DNA from: a virus
Direction: 5' to 3' (one strand)
Virus record (IMG/VR): IMGVR_UViG_3300045522_000058
DNA: 64,000 nt
Of the stretch, positions 50,101 to 59,764 are shown in pieces. How positions within the stretch are numbered: position 1 is the stretch's first letter; every line of letters begins with the position of its first letter. The notes beneath the pieces were generated by a model. It saw only the letters and a program-made list of their open reading frames with translations. It did no database searches and was not told the origin of the DNA. The position numbers and the translations under genes are program-made.

Positions 50101-51034
50101 ACGTTCTGCCTTCGAAGGCGTGGCTGCGAAGGACGCCCCTGTCCTGTCGTTCGCTCAGTCACCGAAAGGCAGTGCACCGCAACCGTTCGAAGCCGTTGCG
50201 CCTGCTTCATATGATTACGGCGTCTGGGCCTCAGGTTTCGGTTCTTGGGTTGATCACGACGGCAACTCGAATGCAGGTGGCCTGAAAACTTCAACTGGCG
50301 GCTTCTTGTCCGGCGTAGATGTAGGATTTGCCTCTGGATGGCGTCTCGGCGTTGTCGGTGGTTACAGCCAGACCGATCTCGATGCCAAGGGACGTTATGC
50401 TTCGGCAACGAGCGACAATTGGCATCTGGGCATCTATGGCGGTAACCAGTGGGGGCCAATTGGACTGCGTGCAGGTCTCGTCCATACTTGGCACAGCATC
50501 GACTCTTCGCGATCTGTTTCCTACTCAGGCTTCAGCGACAGCCTTGCTGCTGATTACGATGCCCGTACCTTCCAGGCCTTCGGTGAGTTGGGATATCGCA
50601 TTGATACATCTGTGGCTGCGTTCGAGCCATTTGCCAACCTCTCGCACGTTCGTTTGCACACCGATGGTTTCACTGAACAAGGTGGAGCGGCAGCTCTGTC
50701 TGTCGATAGCGAAACGACTAGCACAACATTCACAACACTCGGATTGCGCGCCTCGGCCCCTTTTCAGTTCGGAGCAACCAAGGCTAACTTGAAGGGAACT
50801 CTCGGCTGGCGTCACGCCTATGGTGATATCACGCCGGAATCCTCACAGTTCTTTGCAGGAGGAAGTGCCTTTACAGTGGAAGGAACCCCGATTGCCAAGG
50901 ACGCCGCTCTCGTAGAGGTTGGGTTCGATATGGCAATCACTGAAGCCTCGACATTTGGTGTGAGTTACGTTGGGCAGTATGGCAACGGAACTACGCAGAA
51001 TGGCTTCAATGCTAGCTTGAATGTGAAGTTCTAG
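47180..51034 (+). CDS. Autotransporter (type Va) with beta-helix passenger
   Basis: Signal peptide; Gly/Thr/Ser/Asn-rich repeats; GTLRPGNSIG; C-terminal beta-barrel ending LNVKF. Confidence 0.95.
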   Translation: MLGVKMKITTKNKSLTLASTAVALLSGSVLYSNAEPFPIYSAVDKAALSVSNGSNGGYSFGSEYSIQASTSGPGKRAWGVLVSKSPTSPSTLSLNVFNSGSLLIETSGDKAHGAQVGAKGGNADGSDQSVLTIGERIVVKTAGADAFALHAIDGGTINSSADISTSGKNGFGAFAESYSKINQTGGSIITTGQNGHALIANNDRNAVGGKIVATDTTIETSGDWAHGAFADNGGDIELNAGTITTMGARAFGILASKNSIVTSSAAVTTNGAKAHGVQAGANGSTADGSDKSVITLTEGASVTTKGSDAFGMHAIDGGIINSSADINTAGKNGFGAFAESFSEISQTGGRISTTGVSGHALVANNDRNSQGGKIVTTDTEIVTIGDWAYGAFADNGGDIELNGGNIDTSGDRSFGLLAAKNSTLTSSSQVTTSGSKAHGVQAGANGNTADGTDHSVITLNEGSNVVTSGNDAFGLHAIDGGKIAGTVSVSTSGVNGFGAFAESYSTIDLADSEIVTTGADGYGLIANNDRGADAGVINATNTNVVTNGKFASGVFVKDGGAVNFTGGSVTANGLDAAALEINGSGTIAVDGTVLKSVQGPSILVGLSASDDIANVSFGAGTVATANNGVLVQVNRTGEGEDGVMNLTLKAGSESSGDIVDLDEKGSGATHVKIEENAKFNGKISGITNLNTEAGTQLSFAEGTEIEGNVVGTGTQLTFHATGATIGGDVELNNGSVTRGGAIGAPIIVGGSVAVDQTSFMGGNWNIGGNLTANGTLRPGNSIGTMTVAGDVTFGAGSVYEVEVAGDGTSDRIDAAGKAILNGGRVDVYALDTKVSYQDGQTYTILTAGGGVDGQFDEAVSKSVFLTTSLGYQANQVDLTVGLVADPIDPVDPETPPVVFEKVAQTTNQVATARALDGLEQSGSSLELYNSVLFLTNEDEAREAFNQLSGDTHASVKTGLIDTANLTADAINNRLRSAFEGVAAKDAPVLSFAQSPKGSAPQPFEAVAPASYDYGVWASGFGSWVDHDGNSNAGGLKTSTGGFLSGVDVGFASGWRLGVVGGYSQTDLDAKGRYASATSDNWHLGIYGGNQWGPIGLRAGLVHTWHSIDSSRSVSYSGFSDSLAADYDARTFQAFGELGYRIDTSVAAFEPFANLSHVRLHTDGFTEQGGAAALSVDSETTSTTFTTLGLRASAPFQFGATKANLKGTLGWRHAYGDITPESSQFFAGGSAFTVEGTPIAKDAALVEVGFDMAITEASTFGVSYVGQYGNGTTQNGFNASLNVKF

Positions 51035-51160
51035 TGTCAGCCCTAAAACGTAGACGCTCATCAATGTAATATGTTAAAGGAATGGCTCTGAATAATTTCC
51101 GAGCCATTCCTTTTTCAATTGGCATGAGTTTTCAGGCGGGAGAATTATCCGTAAAAATAC

Positions 51161-52456
51161 CTACCTGATTGCAGGTGCCAGAATGTCATCTTGTTCGTCA
51201 TCTTCATCGAAATCATCGTCGTATTTTCCAAAATATCGATCAAAATCGGTGCTGTGGTTGGCCTGATTGTCAATCTCTCCTTCGTCAATAATGTCGAGAT
51301 CACAGTTATTTCCGAAAACAGCCATATCCAGCAGATCGGGACATTCATCTGAAAAATATGCCATTGAATTCGTTGCGAGATCAAAATGGATCATAGGCGA
51401 GAATTCGCCATCATCATTTTCTATCGATTGTACGATATCAGGAAGAAAATCTCGACCACGGTCAATTGCATAAATTTTAATATCAGTGTTCAGTCCATCA
51501 TCGTTAATGCTGGTCATAATTATATGAGCAGAATAATTGGAGCAAAGCGCAACATTCTCGTGATAATAAGCACGCTGTAGTGGGGTTAAAGTTGGGATGA
51601 TGAAAACATGATCATCATGATCGTTATATCGCAGCAGCTTTTTGCCCCATGTCATGTCTCTATCATTCAAAGCTTTATAGACCTTGTCTGATTTATTGGC
51701 GAGCAATGGCAATATTTTTCTCGCCACTGCTTTCTGCATATGTTCAAGCGTATATGCCGATAAAGGACCAGGTAAGCCACCATCCGCATTCAGAACATCG
51801 ACAGAGTCGAAATTCTTTAACAGACCGATATTTGTGTTCTCTGATCTGAGGTCGTAACCCCTTAAAGCAGGTCGCAACAAGTTCATAACCGCTGCGAATT
51901 CTGAATAAACTACAGAGCGACCAGCATCCCTAAACAATAAACGAACTTCATCTTTTTTCTTGGTCACTTCGATGAATGAACCCTGTCCCAGAATGGTTGG
52001 ATATTCATCATCTGGTTTATTCGGATCGAGCCTATATAGGTTGGCCAAGTAATCCATTGAACCAGGCTTTGACGCGTTGACCTCGTATTTGATGCGATAG
52101 CTTGGCGTGCTTTCATTTTCTTCATTAAGGTAGATATCAAGAGATAAGAGAGGTTCGTATGCAGTTGGGTAAATGCTTTTGCGTTCCGTAAGTTTCGAAA
52201 TTTTGAGGGTTACGCCATTTTCTAAAGTAACCAGTCCGTCAGTTTCTGCCTTCTTATGTAAAGCAGAAAGCGGCTCCAAAAGATTGCAAATTGACATCGA
52301 TGCAAAACCACCCTTCAGCTCCCTCTCATCATCAAATGCAATAGTGCTGATCCTGTCGTCAGTGAGATACTCACCATTGTTGATCTGTTCCATTGTAAAA
52401 TTATGCCCCCAGAGGGCATCATCAATGAGTTTTTTCTGTTCTGAATTTGGTGTCAT
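51161..52456 (-). CDS. Hypothetical protein (431 aa, acidic tail)
   Basis: Long ORF. Confidence 0.7.
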   Translation of the reverse strand: MTPNSEQKKLIDDALWGHNFTMEQINNGEYLTDDRISTIAFDDERELKGGFASMSICNLLEPLSALHKKAETDGLVTLENGVTLKISKLTERKSIYPTAYEPLLSLDIYLNEENESTPSYRIKYEVNASKPGSMDYLANLYRLDPNKPDDEYPTILGQGSFIEVTKKKDEVRLLFRDAGRSVVYSEFAAVMNLLRPALRGYDLRSENTNIGLLKNFDSVDVLNADGGLPGPLSAYTLEHMQKAVARKILPLLANKSDKVYKALNDRDMTWGKKLLRYNDHDDHVFIIPTLTPLQRAYYHENVALCSNYSAHIIMTSINDDGLNTDIKIYAIDRGRDFLPDIVQSIENDDGEFSPMIHFDLATNSMAYFSDECPDLLDMAVFGNNCDLDIIDEGEIDNQANHSTDFDRYFGKYDDDFDEDDEQDDILAPAIR

Positions 52457-52489
52457 TATTCTACGCTTTCTCAGGCTAATTTCTCAATA

Positions 52490-53485
52490 TTATAGATATG
52501 GGAATCTATTGGTTTTCATTTGTCTGGCCGCTTCTGGGTTATATCGATAATTTGAAACGTCAGGCGAGCTATCCTTGAATTCTTCGCGAGGGCAACCAGA
52601 CATAGCACTCCTGTAACTCGCGAAGTCATTGCGTTTAAACCATTCAAGGGCCTGCCAATGCAGTCCTTCCGGTTTCTTGATGGCAGTACCTAAAAGGGTG
52701 CTGAAGCCGCCTCCTGATGGACCTTCGTAACTGTCCCACATGTTTGCCATATCAATCCGATAAAAGAAGCCAGATCGATCAAATTTGCGGGTAATCTGAT
52801 GGTAATTTACATTGGGGTCCGTCATAGCAAAGGCAGAATTGATCGCCCTTCGCAAGAAACCTTCGGCTTTGTCAATACTTACCGTTTCATCGCCACTTTG
52901 TAGGCGTTCGAGCAGCTGAAGCTCGCTATGTCCGTATAGGCGGAATGTTGGATTGTTATTATAAATTTCGATCAGCGTTTCTAGTTGTACGTTGAAAGGC
53001 GTGATTTCATCTCGCTGGAAAGTTGGAATTGAACGGACATTCCTTCGGGAGTTTTCATCGTCGATGCTTCCGTGCAGTGCTGTAACTTGAGGAACGGCAT
53101 CCTGACGATAGCGCATGCTGGTATTTCGCCTGGTGTATTCAAGTGCATGCCATTCCAGTGCATTCCCGACAGTCGATGCCATTTCGTGGAGGTCAATCAG
53201 CAGAAGATCCTGATCCTTGGTTACCCGCGATCCATTTTGGTAGTATGAAAGCCCGTCTATCGAACTCACCTGGAAGTAATCGCGTTTGTCATTCCAGCGC
53301 TTCATAGCGGCATTAAGCGCTTGTTCCAAGAAATATTCGCTACCGTCGCCACCTATGAGCGAATCTTTGAGTGGATCAAGATACCGAGCGATTTGCTGGG
53401 GCAATACCGGGTCTCTGTCAATGTATTTTACGAATAGCTCGATCTGCCTACGCAAAGGGGTTGCCTTGTTTTCTTCAGCCATATT
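52490..53485 (-). CDS. Hypothetical protein
   Basis: ORF 52490-53668; GGGAG before MNMAEENK. Confidence 0.65.
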   Translation of the reverse strand, partial: NMAEENKATPLRRQIELFVKYIDRDPVLPQQIARYLDPLKDSLIGGDGSEYFLEQALNAAMKRWNDKRDYFQVSSIDGLSYYQNGSRVTKDQDLLLIDLHEMASTVGNALEWHALEYTRRNTSMRYRQDAVPQVTALHGSIDDENSRRNVRSIPTFQRDEITPFNVQLETLIEIYNNNPTFRLYGHSELQLLERLQSGDETVSIDKAEGFLRRAINSAFAMTDPNVNYHQITRKFDRSGFFYRIDMANMWDSYEGPSGGGFSTLLGTAIKKPEGLHWQALEWFKRNDFASYRSAMSGCPREEFKDSSPDVSNYRYNPEAARQMKTNRFPYL

Positions 53486-53799
53486 CATTTTTCTCCCAAA
53501 GCAGTTTTTCAGTCCACAATGACAACGTGACACAGCCATCTGCGAACCACCAACGATTTCACTATCGTTTTTTAAAAATGGTTTCTCTTCTAATATTCTG
53601 CAGTCATTTAACGCTGCATTGTCCATCGAATAGGCGATACTAAAATTAATATCTGACGAAACTTTCAATAAAATATTGTTTATCGATGGTTTAAATGTGC
53701 ATAAATAATGCAGATACTCTCACATTTTTTCATGTACACGATTGACAAGAATTAAATAATTGACTATCTATTGAAATGTCGATTGAGAGATTCTCTTAA

Positions 53800-54210
53800 A
53801 CGAATATGGTGCTAAACCGAATGAGTAATAGGTTTTCTGGACGCGGCTGCGACGCCGCCACCTCCACCATAAGCACTGCGACTTAACTCCCAAGAGTAGA
53901 ATTGGGTTGAGGGGAATTAAGTCTTAGCGGATAAAACCTATGTTGTGACGCCACCCAGGCGGACATGGCAGTGATGGTGAAACGCAGTGTTTATGATGGG
54001 GGTGATTTAGGTTCGACAGGAGCTGAAAGTCATCTCGTTGTACTCGGCATGATACCACCGCATCGGGTCAAAAATGTAGTTGCAAACGACAACTTCGCTC
54101 AGGGTCGTGCTCTCGCTGCCTAACCGCAGTGCGGGAGATCCGCTTTAAGTCCTTAGGGTTAGCACCTTAAGGCGGGGTTTGGTGGCACCTGGCAACAGAA
54201 CGCCACCATT
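53800..54210 (+). ncRNA. ssrA: Circularly permuted two-piece tmRNA (alphaproteobacterial type)
   Basis: 3' piece ends CCTCCACCA at 53869; intervening segment 53870-53997; 5' piece starts GGGGGTGATTTAGGTTCGAC at 53998; tag ANDNFAQGRALAA* at 54082-54123; terminator hairpin GGTGGC..GCCACC+T. The start coordinate is approximate. Confidence 0.92.
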
Positions 54211-54463
54211 TTTTCTTTAAAACCTCCCCCTCCTCAATGTCATGCGAGTAGTACACCCGTTTTACGATACGGTTAAATCCGTACTGCTAATATTGACGTT
54301 CGTAATGTGTGACTTCTGTGCTTATTAAACGATGCCTTATGGCTTTATCATATGAAGACCACCGAGATATTAATAAGCGATCATAAACCTTATTAAATAA
54401 TGTTGACGACAGTGGTAATATGGGAGACCATTTTATTACAAATCAATATTAAAAAGGATTTTC

Positions 54464-54829
54464 ATGCGTATTTTTATTATGGCATTAATTTTACTGCTTC
54501 CTACGCAAGCATTCGCCGCTTATGGCGGCTGGGCCTTCTCTCCGCCGAAGCGTTTTGAAGGCAAACCTCCTATGCCATATACGATTATAGCGCTTCCTGT
54601 GACGAAAATAGCAAAATATTGCTCTGCATATAAACGTTTCTATAATATCATCTATGGCTGCGCGACCATTCGCGATAAGCCAAAAAAGCATTGCGTGGTC
54701 TTTATTCCAGATAAATCGCTGCCAAATCTAGCGTGGCCAATAGGTGGAGTGCTGATAATTAAGCCGGAAATGATATTCAAACATGAGTTAGCACACTGTA
54801 ATGGTTGGCCAAAGGACCACCCTCGTTAA
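54464..54829 (+). CDS. Secreted hypothetical protein with HELAH zincin-like motif
   Basis: Signal peptide ending AFA; FKHELAHCNGW (HExxH). Confidence 0.65.
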   Translation: MRIFIMALILLLPTQAFAAYGGWAFSPPKRFEGKPPMPYTIIALPVTKIAKYCSAYKRFYNIIYGCATIRDKPKKHCVVFIPDKSLPNLAWPIGGVLIIKPEMIFKHELAHCNGWPKDHPR

Positions 54830-54926
54830 TTAGGGTGCTTTAATTAATTATGCAAAAAGATGCGATTTAATGAAATTAGTGCTTGATATTCGAAATTCAG
54901 GTCTATAATAAAGAGACATCAACAGC

Positions 54927-55011
54927 GCGGACTTGGCGAAATTGGTAGACGCAGCAGACTTAAAATTTGCCGATTTTAATCGTGGGGGTTCGATTCCCCC
55001 AGTCCGCACCA
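54927..55011 (+). tRNA. trnL: tRNA-Leu (anticodon TAA)
   Basis: GCGGACT/AGTCCGC acceptor stem, GCAGA-CTTAAAA-TTTGC anticodon arm, variable arm, GGTTCGATTCC, encoded CCA. Confidence 0.95.
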
Positions 55012-55087
55012 GGCCCCTTAGCTCAGTGGATAGAGCACCGGCCTTCTAAGCCGGGTGTCGGAGGTTCGAGTCCTCCAGGGGTCGCCA
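55012..55087 (+). tRNA. trnR: tRNA-Arg (anticodon TCT)
   Basis: GGCCCCT/AGGGGTC acceptor stem, CCGGC-CTTCTAA-GCCGG, GGTTCGAGTCC, encoded CCA. Confidence 0.95.
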
Positions 55088-55394
55088 TTCTTCGGCTATT
55101 TCGGATGGAAATGTTGGATTAAACATTTTCCTTTCGTCGTGGAACCGATACGAACGTTGAAAAACCAAATTTCGCGATACTAATTGCCTGATGCCGATTA
55201 ACAAAATATGCGCTGAGTCAACTCTGAATGCTTATGTTACATCAAAATTGCCACAGAGTTTCGCATGAAACCACAATGGTCGATATAAATCTGCTATTAA
55301 TGCATGATTGAGACTACTATTTATTGACATACTTATATCTTTAAAATAGACATCCACTTAATTAAGCCCTGCAGAACATGCCAGCAGGCACGAA

Positions 55395-55802
55395 TTGGAA
55401 AGAAAAAAGATGTCATATTATTTTCCGGAAAAATTTGAATGGTCTCTAGACTATTTCAACGTGAAAACTGTTGTTTCGGGTGCCAAAAATACCACTCAAA
55501 ATGTTGTCGAAAAGTGGCTTGGTGATAACGGCTACGAACAAACTACATTCTATAAATGGGTGGTTTCTCGGAGTCTTGGGTTGATCGATGAAAAATTCGA
55601 TCATGGTGTTTTCTACTACGTTCACCTGAATAGCTATCTGCGAGATACAGCTTACGCTGTCTGGAACTGCGTGGATGGTCGTTTGCGCTTGGAAGGCGTT
55701 CCTGAAAAAGAGCGAGAGAAGAAAGCTAATGCAGCTCAACGGGATTTCGTGACTTTTGCTAAGGAGGCTTTCTCCAACAAGCCTGAGAAGAAAGGAAAAT
55801 AG
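55395..55802 (+). CDS. Hypothetical protein
   Basis: ORF after TTGACA-N17-TAAAAT; probable start MSYYF. Confidence 0.6.
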   Translation: MERKKMSYYFPEKFEWSLDYFNVKTVVSGAKNTTQNVVEKWLGDNGYEQTTFYKWVVSRSLGLIDEKFDHGVFYYVHLNSYLRDTAYAVWNCVDGRLRLEGVPEKEREKKANAAQRDFVTFAKEAFSNKPEKKGK

Positions 55803-55853
55803 AAGTCGTTAAATCAAGGCTGAATAATAATCTAACGAAAAGGGAAGTATAAT

Positions 55854-56048
55854 ATGGACAGTAATCTGGTCTATTATTTGGGTGTCATTGGGGTCATGGC
55901 TTGTGGTGCCATATTTATCTTTTTATTTCCAGGTGGTGGATTTTTGAACAATAATGCTAAGCGCCGTCGTCGAGAAAGAGAAATTGAACGTCAAACGTTA
56001 CTAAAAGAGCGTCGGGAATTGGTAGAAGAGCTTTCTGAACTTCGATAA
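55854..56048 (+). CDS. Small membrane protein
   Basis: One TM helix followed by a charged coil. Confidence 0.55.
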   Translation: MDSNLVYYLGVIGVMACGAIFIFLFPGGGFLNNNAKRRRREREIERQTLLKERRELVEELSELR

Positions 56049-56224
56049 TAAGAAGTCGATAATTGGCATTTTGGCTATCCAGAATTTGAGGTTGAACTAA
56101 GTTTTTCCTTAATGTCGGATAGCCATTTTTTTTGAACTCTAGCCAAATCTATTATCCCAGTTAGTACTGGTGCTTTGCGAGCACTTTTAAGAAATTTGGT
56201 TTATCATTTTTTCTCGGAGACATT

Positions 56225-56620
56225 ATGGATATTGAAAGAGAGCTAACAAATTGCGAGCGTCCCTATCTTTACGGACGTGCTCATCATTTGGCCATTGCAT
56301 TGCACAGAATTACTGGCCTTCCATTATTTGCAACTTTTGACGTCGACGACTGGACGCAGCAATATTCATTTATTCACGCGTATGTCAAAGATGGCGATGA
56401 AGGAATAGACATTCGTGGTCGATTTCCTATATCAACAATTGGTAATTATTATCCATTGAATAATCCATTCGAAGCTGAGATCGATGAAGAGTATTTGATG
56501 TTTATAGGAAGTGGTAAAACGACAACACTGCTTGAAAATGGGAAAGTTTATGCCGACGCATTGGTGTTCGCGGAACAGATCGTCGGTGAACTTGGAATGA
56601 ACTCGTTGAAAATGGGTTGA
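56225..56620 (+). CDS. Hypothetical phage-type protein
   Basis: YLYGRAHHLAIAL..IHAYV..IDIRG. Confidence 0.65.
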   Translation: MDIERELTNCERPYLYGRAHHLAIALHRITGLPLFATFDVDDWTQQYSFIHAYVKDGDEGIDIRGRFPISTIGNYYPLNNPFEAEIDEEYLMFIGSGKTTTLLENGKVYADALVFAEQIVGELGMNSLKMG

Positions 56621-56928
56621 TGGATATTGTGGTATTGAAGGTTGCCGCGCTCGCCCTTGTCTCATTCAAATGTTTAAATGAAATTAATTTCATAGTAAAA
56701 AAGGGCGCTTTGATGACCGATAACAATCTTCCGTATTCGTTCGACCTATTATTTGATCTCAAATCTCGCGAGGACCTTGTTCGTCATTATGCCAATCTCA
56801 AGCAGGAAATCGGCCAGATTGATGAAGTGATGTCCAGCCATAATATTGAATTCACTATCGACGAACTTGCTGTCATTTCTCCTGACGACACCAAGTTCGA
56901 TGAGTCAGCCGCGCGGAAACCATATTAG
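56617..56928 (+). CDS. Hypothetical protein
   Basis: ORF; probable start MTDNN. Confidence 0.45.
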   Translation: MMDIVVLKVAALALVSFKCLNEINFIVKKGALMTDNNLPYSFDLLFDLKSREDLVRHYANLKQEIGQIDEVMSSHNIEFTIDELAVISPDDTKFDESAARKPY

Positions 56929-56961
56929 GATTGCAGGCGCAGCTGGTTGGTATGTGAAAAA

Positions 56962-57510
56962 TTAATATACCATCAGCTCACTCGTATCCTTGAGATAGAG
57001 AGGATGGCCTGGAGATCCATTATTGGTGATCTTGAGAGCATGCAGTGTCAGGCCAGAAGCACGCAGAGCGTCGGTGACAGCCTGTCCGTGATGAGCCAGC
57101 TTCTTGTGGAGTGAACCGTACGCCATAACGACGATTTCCGCCTGCTTCGCCTGCTCAACGATTGTCCGCAGGTTCTCTTCTGTGCAAGGCACCACACCAG
57201 GCTCCAACAACATCTTGGGATGTGTTGCGCGGTAGTCCATGACGTTGGTCTTCACATAGCGGCCATAACCCCATCGACGAGTAAACTTCTGTTCCTTGAA
57301 GACAGTAGGGTCGTCGACATCAATGACAGCTGTGCTAGGGTTCATGCCGATCCATAGGACGAAGCCAGGTTTCTCGGCACCATCCCATTCGCGGGTTAGC
57401 AGACGACGGTATCGGCCGCAGTCTGAGAACACGGCATCTCCGCGAATTTCTTCCTTTACCTTTAGACGGACCTTGCCGCCTGGATCGTGCAAATCGTGAG
57501 ACATCGTCAC
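56962..57510 (-). CDS. DUF1643 family protein
   Basis: AVFSDCGRYRRLLTREW, IGMNPSTA..DDPT, PGHPLY. Confidence 0.9.
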   Translation of the reverse strand: MTMSHDLHDPGGKVRLKVKEEIRGDAVFSDCGRYRRLLTREWDGAEKPGFVLWIGMNPSTAVIDVDDPTVFKEQKFTRRWGYGRYVKTNVMDYRATHPKMLLEPGVVPCTEENLRTIVEQAKQAEIVVMAYGSLHKKLAHHGQAVTDALRASGLTLHALKITNNGSPGHPLYLKDTSELMVY

Positions 57511-57872
57511 TCCTTGGGTTCTGGGTTGTTTATAGATAGCCTGCGGACTTCATTAATGACCTCTGGGTCAACAAGATACATCTCTGCACCATTTGAATTG
57601 ATGTAGACGCGCTTGGCCGAGACAACGACGTTCCTGAGGGCTTGCAAGAGTTCATCATTACGCTTCTTAAGGGACGCGATCTCTCGACCCTTGGCGTCGA
57701 TCAGATCTTCGGTGTCATCAACGCAGCAAAGACCGACGACGGCATTGCCCTCGTCTTCAGCCAGTTCTTCCGCCTGATCTCGATGGATCGTGGCATCGAG
57801 CATGATGCCGTTTCGGTCGACATTCATCCATGCAATAACGTCAGGCTTAGCTTGGGGAGAAGCTGATGTCAT
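57507..57872 (-). CDS. Hypothetical protein
   Basis: Overlapping stop/start in a minus-strand gene run. Confidence 0.6.
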   Translation of the reverse strand: MTSASPQAKPDVIAWMNVDRNGIMLDATIHRDQAEELAEDEGNAVVGLCCVDDTEDLIDAKGREIASLKKRNDELLQALRNVVVSAKRVYINSNGAEMYLVDPEVINEVRRLSINNPEPKE

Positions 57873-58058
57873 TTATCGAGCCTTCAAAACTCGGTCGATC
57901 ATATCATTTGCAGCGGCCTTATTTCTGAAAGCCTCGGCCGCAATATCCATGTTTACGCTGTAAATGGACACGGTATGACCCGTAGGAACCGTATCCAAGT
58001 GGCTAATTTTATCCGCTCGCTTCCGATTTAAATCCGGGGTTTCAAGTTCAATTTTCAT
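57873..58058 (-). CDS. Hypothetical protein
   Basis: Abuts the next ORF; AAAGGA SD. Confidence 0.5.
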   Translation of the reverse strand: MKIELETPDLNRKRADKISHLDTVPTGHTVSIYSVNMDIAAEAFRNKAAANDMIDRVLKAR

Positions 58059-58116
58059 ATTAATGTCCTTTCACTAACTAATTTTGGGTCAAAAATATGA
58101 ATCTGGAAAGCCAGAA

Positions 58117-58515
58117 TTATCTTTTAAATATCCGATACTCCGCATCAGGCCGCTTATCCACACGCCAAGCATTCCGACCTGCATAATGGGACGCTCTCTG
58201 TTTCAGCTTTCGCAACGACGGCATCCGATAAAAGCGATTGATAATCAGTTTAAAGAGTACGCTTTCATCGTGCATCCAATCGTCGGGATAAATGATTTCA
58301 CCGTTTCGGTCACGATTGTAAATACGGATCTCATCATGACGGCCCTTGTAATCATTGGAGAGCGCGAGTTCGGAAATCTTGGAGATATTGATCTGTTTGC
58401 AGCAATCAATCCATTCGACGGTTTCGGCGTCGATGACACGGTTTACGCGACCGTACACCACCCAAGAGGTATCTTTTTCGCAGACAATGTCATTTCGTCT
58501 CAAGTAGGTTCTCAT
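58117..58515 (-). CDS. Hypothetical phage-type protein
   Basis: ORF in the minus-strand run. Confidence 0.55.
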   Translation of the reverse strand: MRTYLRRNDIVCEKDTSWVVYGRVNRVIDAETVEWIDCCKQINISKISELALSNDYKGRHDEIRIYNRDRNGEIIYPDDWMHDESVLFKLIINRFYRMPSLRKLKQRASHYAGRNAWRVDKRPDAEYRIFKR

Positions 58516-58567
58516 TAATAGTAGCCTTCCTCGGATACCGCGTCTGCGATCATACTGATAATTGAAT

Positions 58568-58846
58568 TCATTTCACCCATCCGTCTTCGCAATCGAAGCA
58601 GTAAAAACCATTCTGGCGCTCGCCTGCATTTTCTGAATTTTCATACCACCAACCACAAGTGACACAGGTGAAAATCTTGTCGTCAATGTTCAGGAGGAAT
58701 TCCCGATTGTCCTCCAGATGGAGGAAGTCCTCACCAAGAACATCACTAATACCCTGTTCAAGCGATTTAATTGTGCCGCTCAGATGGTACGCAACATCGT
58801 TGGCCTGTTTGCGTCTGAGATCGATTTCGTCAGAAGTGGCTGTCAT
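58568..58846 (-). CDS. Small zinc-finger protein
   Basis: CVTCGWW..CFDC. Confidence 0.6.
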   Translation of the reverse strand: MTATSDEIDLRRKQANDVAYHLSGTIKSLEQGISDVLGEDFLHLEDNREFLLNIDDKIFTCVTCGWWYENSENAGERQNGFYCFDCEDGWVK

Positions 58847-59037
58847 GTGCCTTCTCTGGGCGATGCAAATGATAAACGCTTATAGTTTTATTTTGAAACG
58901 TTCGAATTGGAAACATATTGAATTCCTAGAGCTTTAATTCAAACACAATGACAATGGGAATCAGCCCCTTTTTGCATTGCTGACAAATATCAATTAAAAT
59001 TAATTATTTCAATAGTCGTTCTCGAAATCAGATAATT

Positions 59038-59334
59038 TTGTATATTATTATGTCAGAATTTAAACAATTAAGGCCACAAAAAAAGGAAACTATGGTGATA
59101 TTTCGAATGGGTATTCTAATATTTTTTACGCTTGCTGGTCTCTATTTGGCGACTAATCATGCCGATGCTCGTGAGCCATTGAACCAGAAAGCAAATAAAT
59201 CTGCGGTGGAATTAAAAACCACGACATCTAAGAAGTCGGAAAGGAAGAAAATACAGAGAAAACCAGATGGAACCCTTGGATATCGATACACCTGCTCACC
59301 AAGCGGATTCGGGCAGATGGGTAAGTGCTGGTAG
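59038..59334 (+). CDS. Small secreted protein
   Basis: Signal-like segment ending ADA; AAAAGGA before MVIF. Confidence 0.45.
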   Translation: MYIIMSEFKQLRPQKKETMVIFRMGILIFFTLAGLYLATNHADAREPLNQKANKSAVELKTTTSKKSERKKIQRKPDGTLGYRYTCSPSGFGQMGKCW

Positions 59335-59381
59335 CAGCGCTTGTCGCCGTTTCATCGATACCGTTTTCCAGAATTTCGACG

Positions 59382-59762
59382 TCAAATGCGAACTGTTCGC
59401 CAAACCTTCTGAATCCTGTCAGTTTCGAGCCGCCAAGGCGTTCCAGCCTCAATGAAATATCCTCCACTTCGACTTCGTTGGAGCTTGATGATAGCCAAAT
59501 CATACTGTGCAAAGAACTGCGACATAGGTGAATAAATCGAGGCGGGGTCTGCAAAAATTGGGGTGTCGATTTCCTCAAGAGTGCTTTCGGTAAAACCCAA
59601 CTTTAGTCCCGAAGCATAATCCTTCATCTCCTGAAGGAGGCGCTTGGCGTCCTCGCCTTCGACCTCGAAAATATTGGCGATAAACTTTAGTGGAACATCC
59701 TCATTGTCGTGCATAAGATTGTCCATGATGACTTGGATTTGCGCTGGATAGGGCGTTGCCAT
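59382..59762 (-). CDS. Hypothetical protein
   Basis: ORF 2 nt after the upstream stop. Confidence 0.6.
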   Translation of the reverse strand: MATPYPAQIQVIMDNLMHDNEDVPLKFIANIFEVEGEDAKRLLQEMKDYASGLKLGFTESTLEEIDTPIFADPASIYSPMSQFFAQYDLAIIKLQRSRSGGYFIEAGTPWRLETDRIQKVWRTVRI

Positions 59763-59764
59763 TC

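Noticed and set aside
47296-51064. Many antisense and alternate-frame ORFs over the autotransporter, recQ, VIT-vWA and ClpB-like genes
   Set aside because: Shadow ORFs from codon bias, with no SD or domain motifs.
54222-54236. CCTCCCCCTCCT as an anti-SD (cuckoo-type) sRNA
   Set aside because: Single copy, not clearly in a hairpin loop, and no promoter identified.
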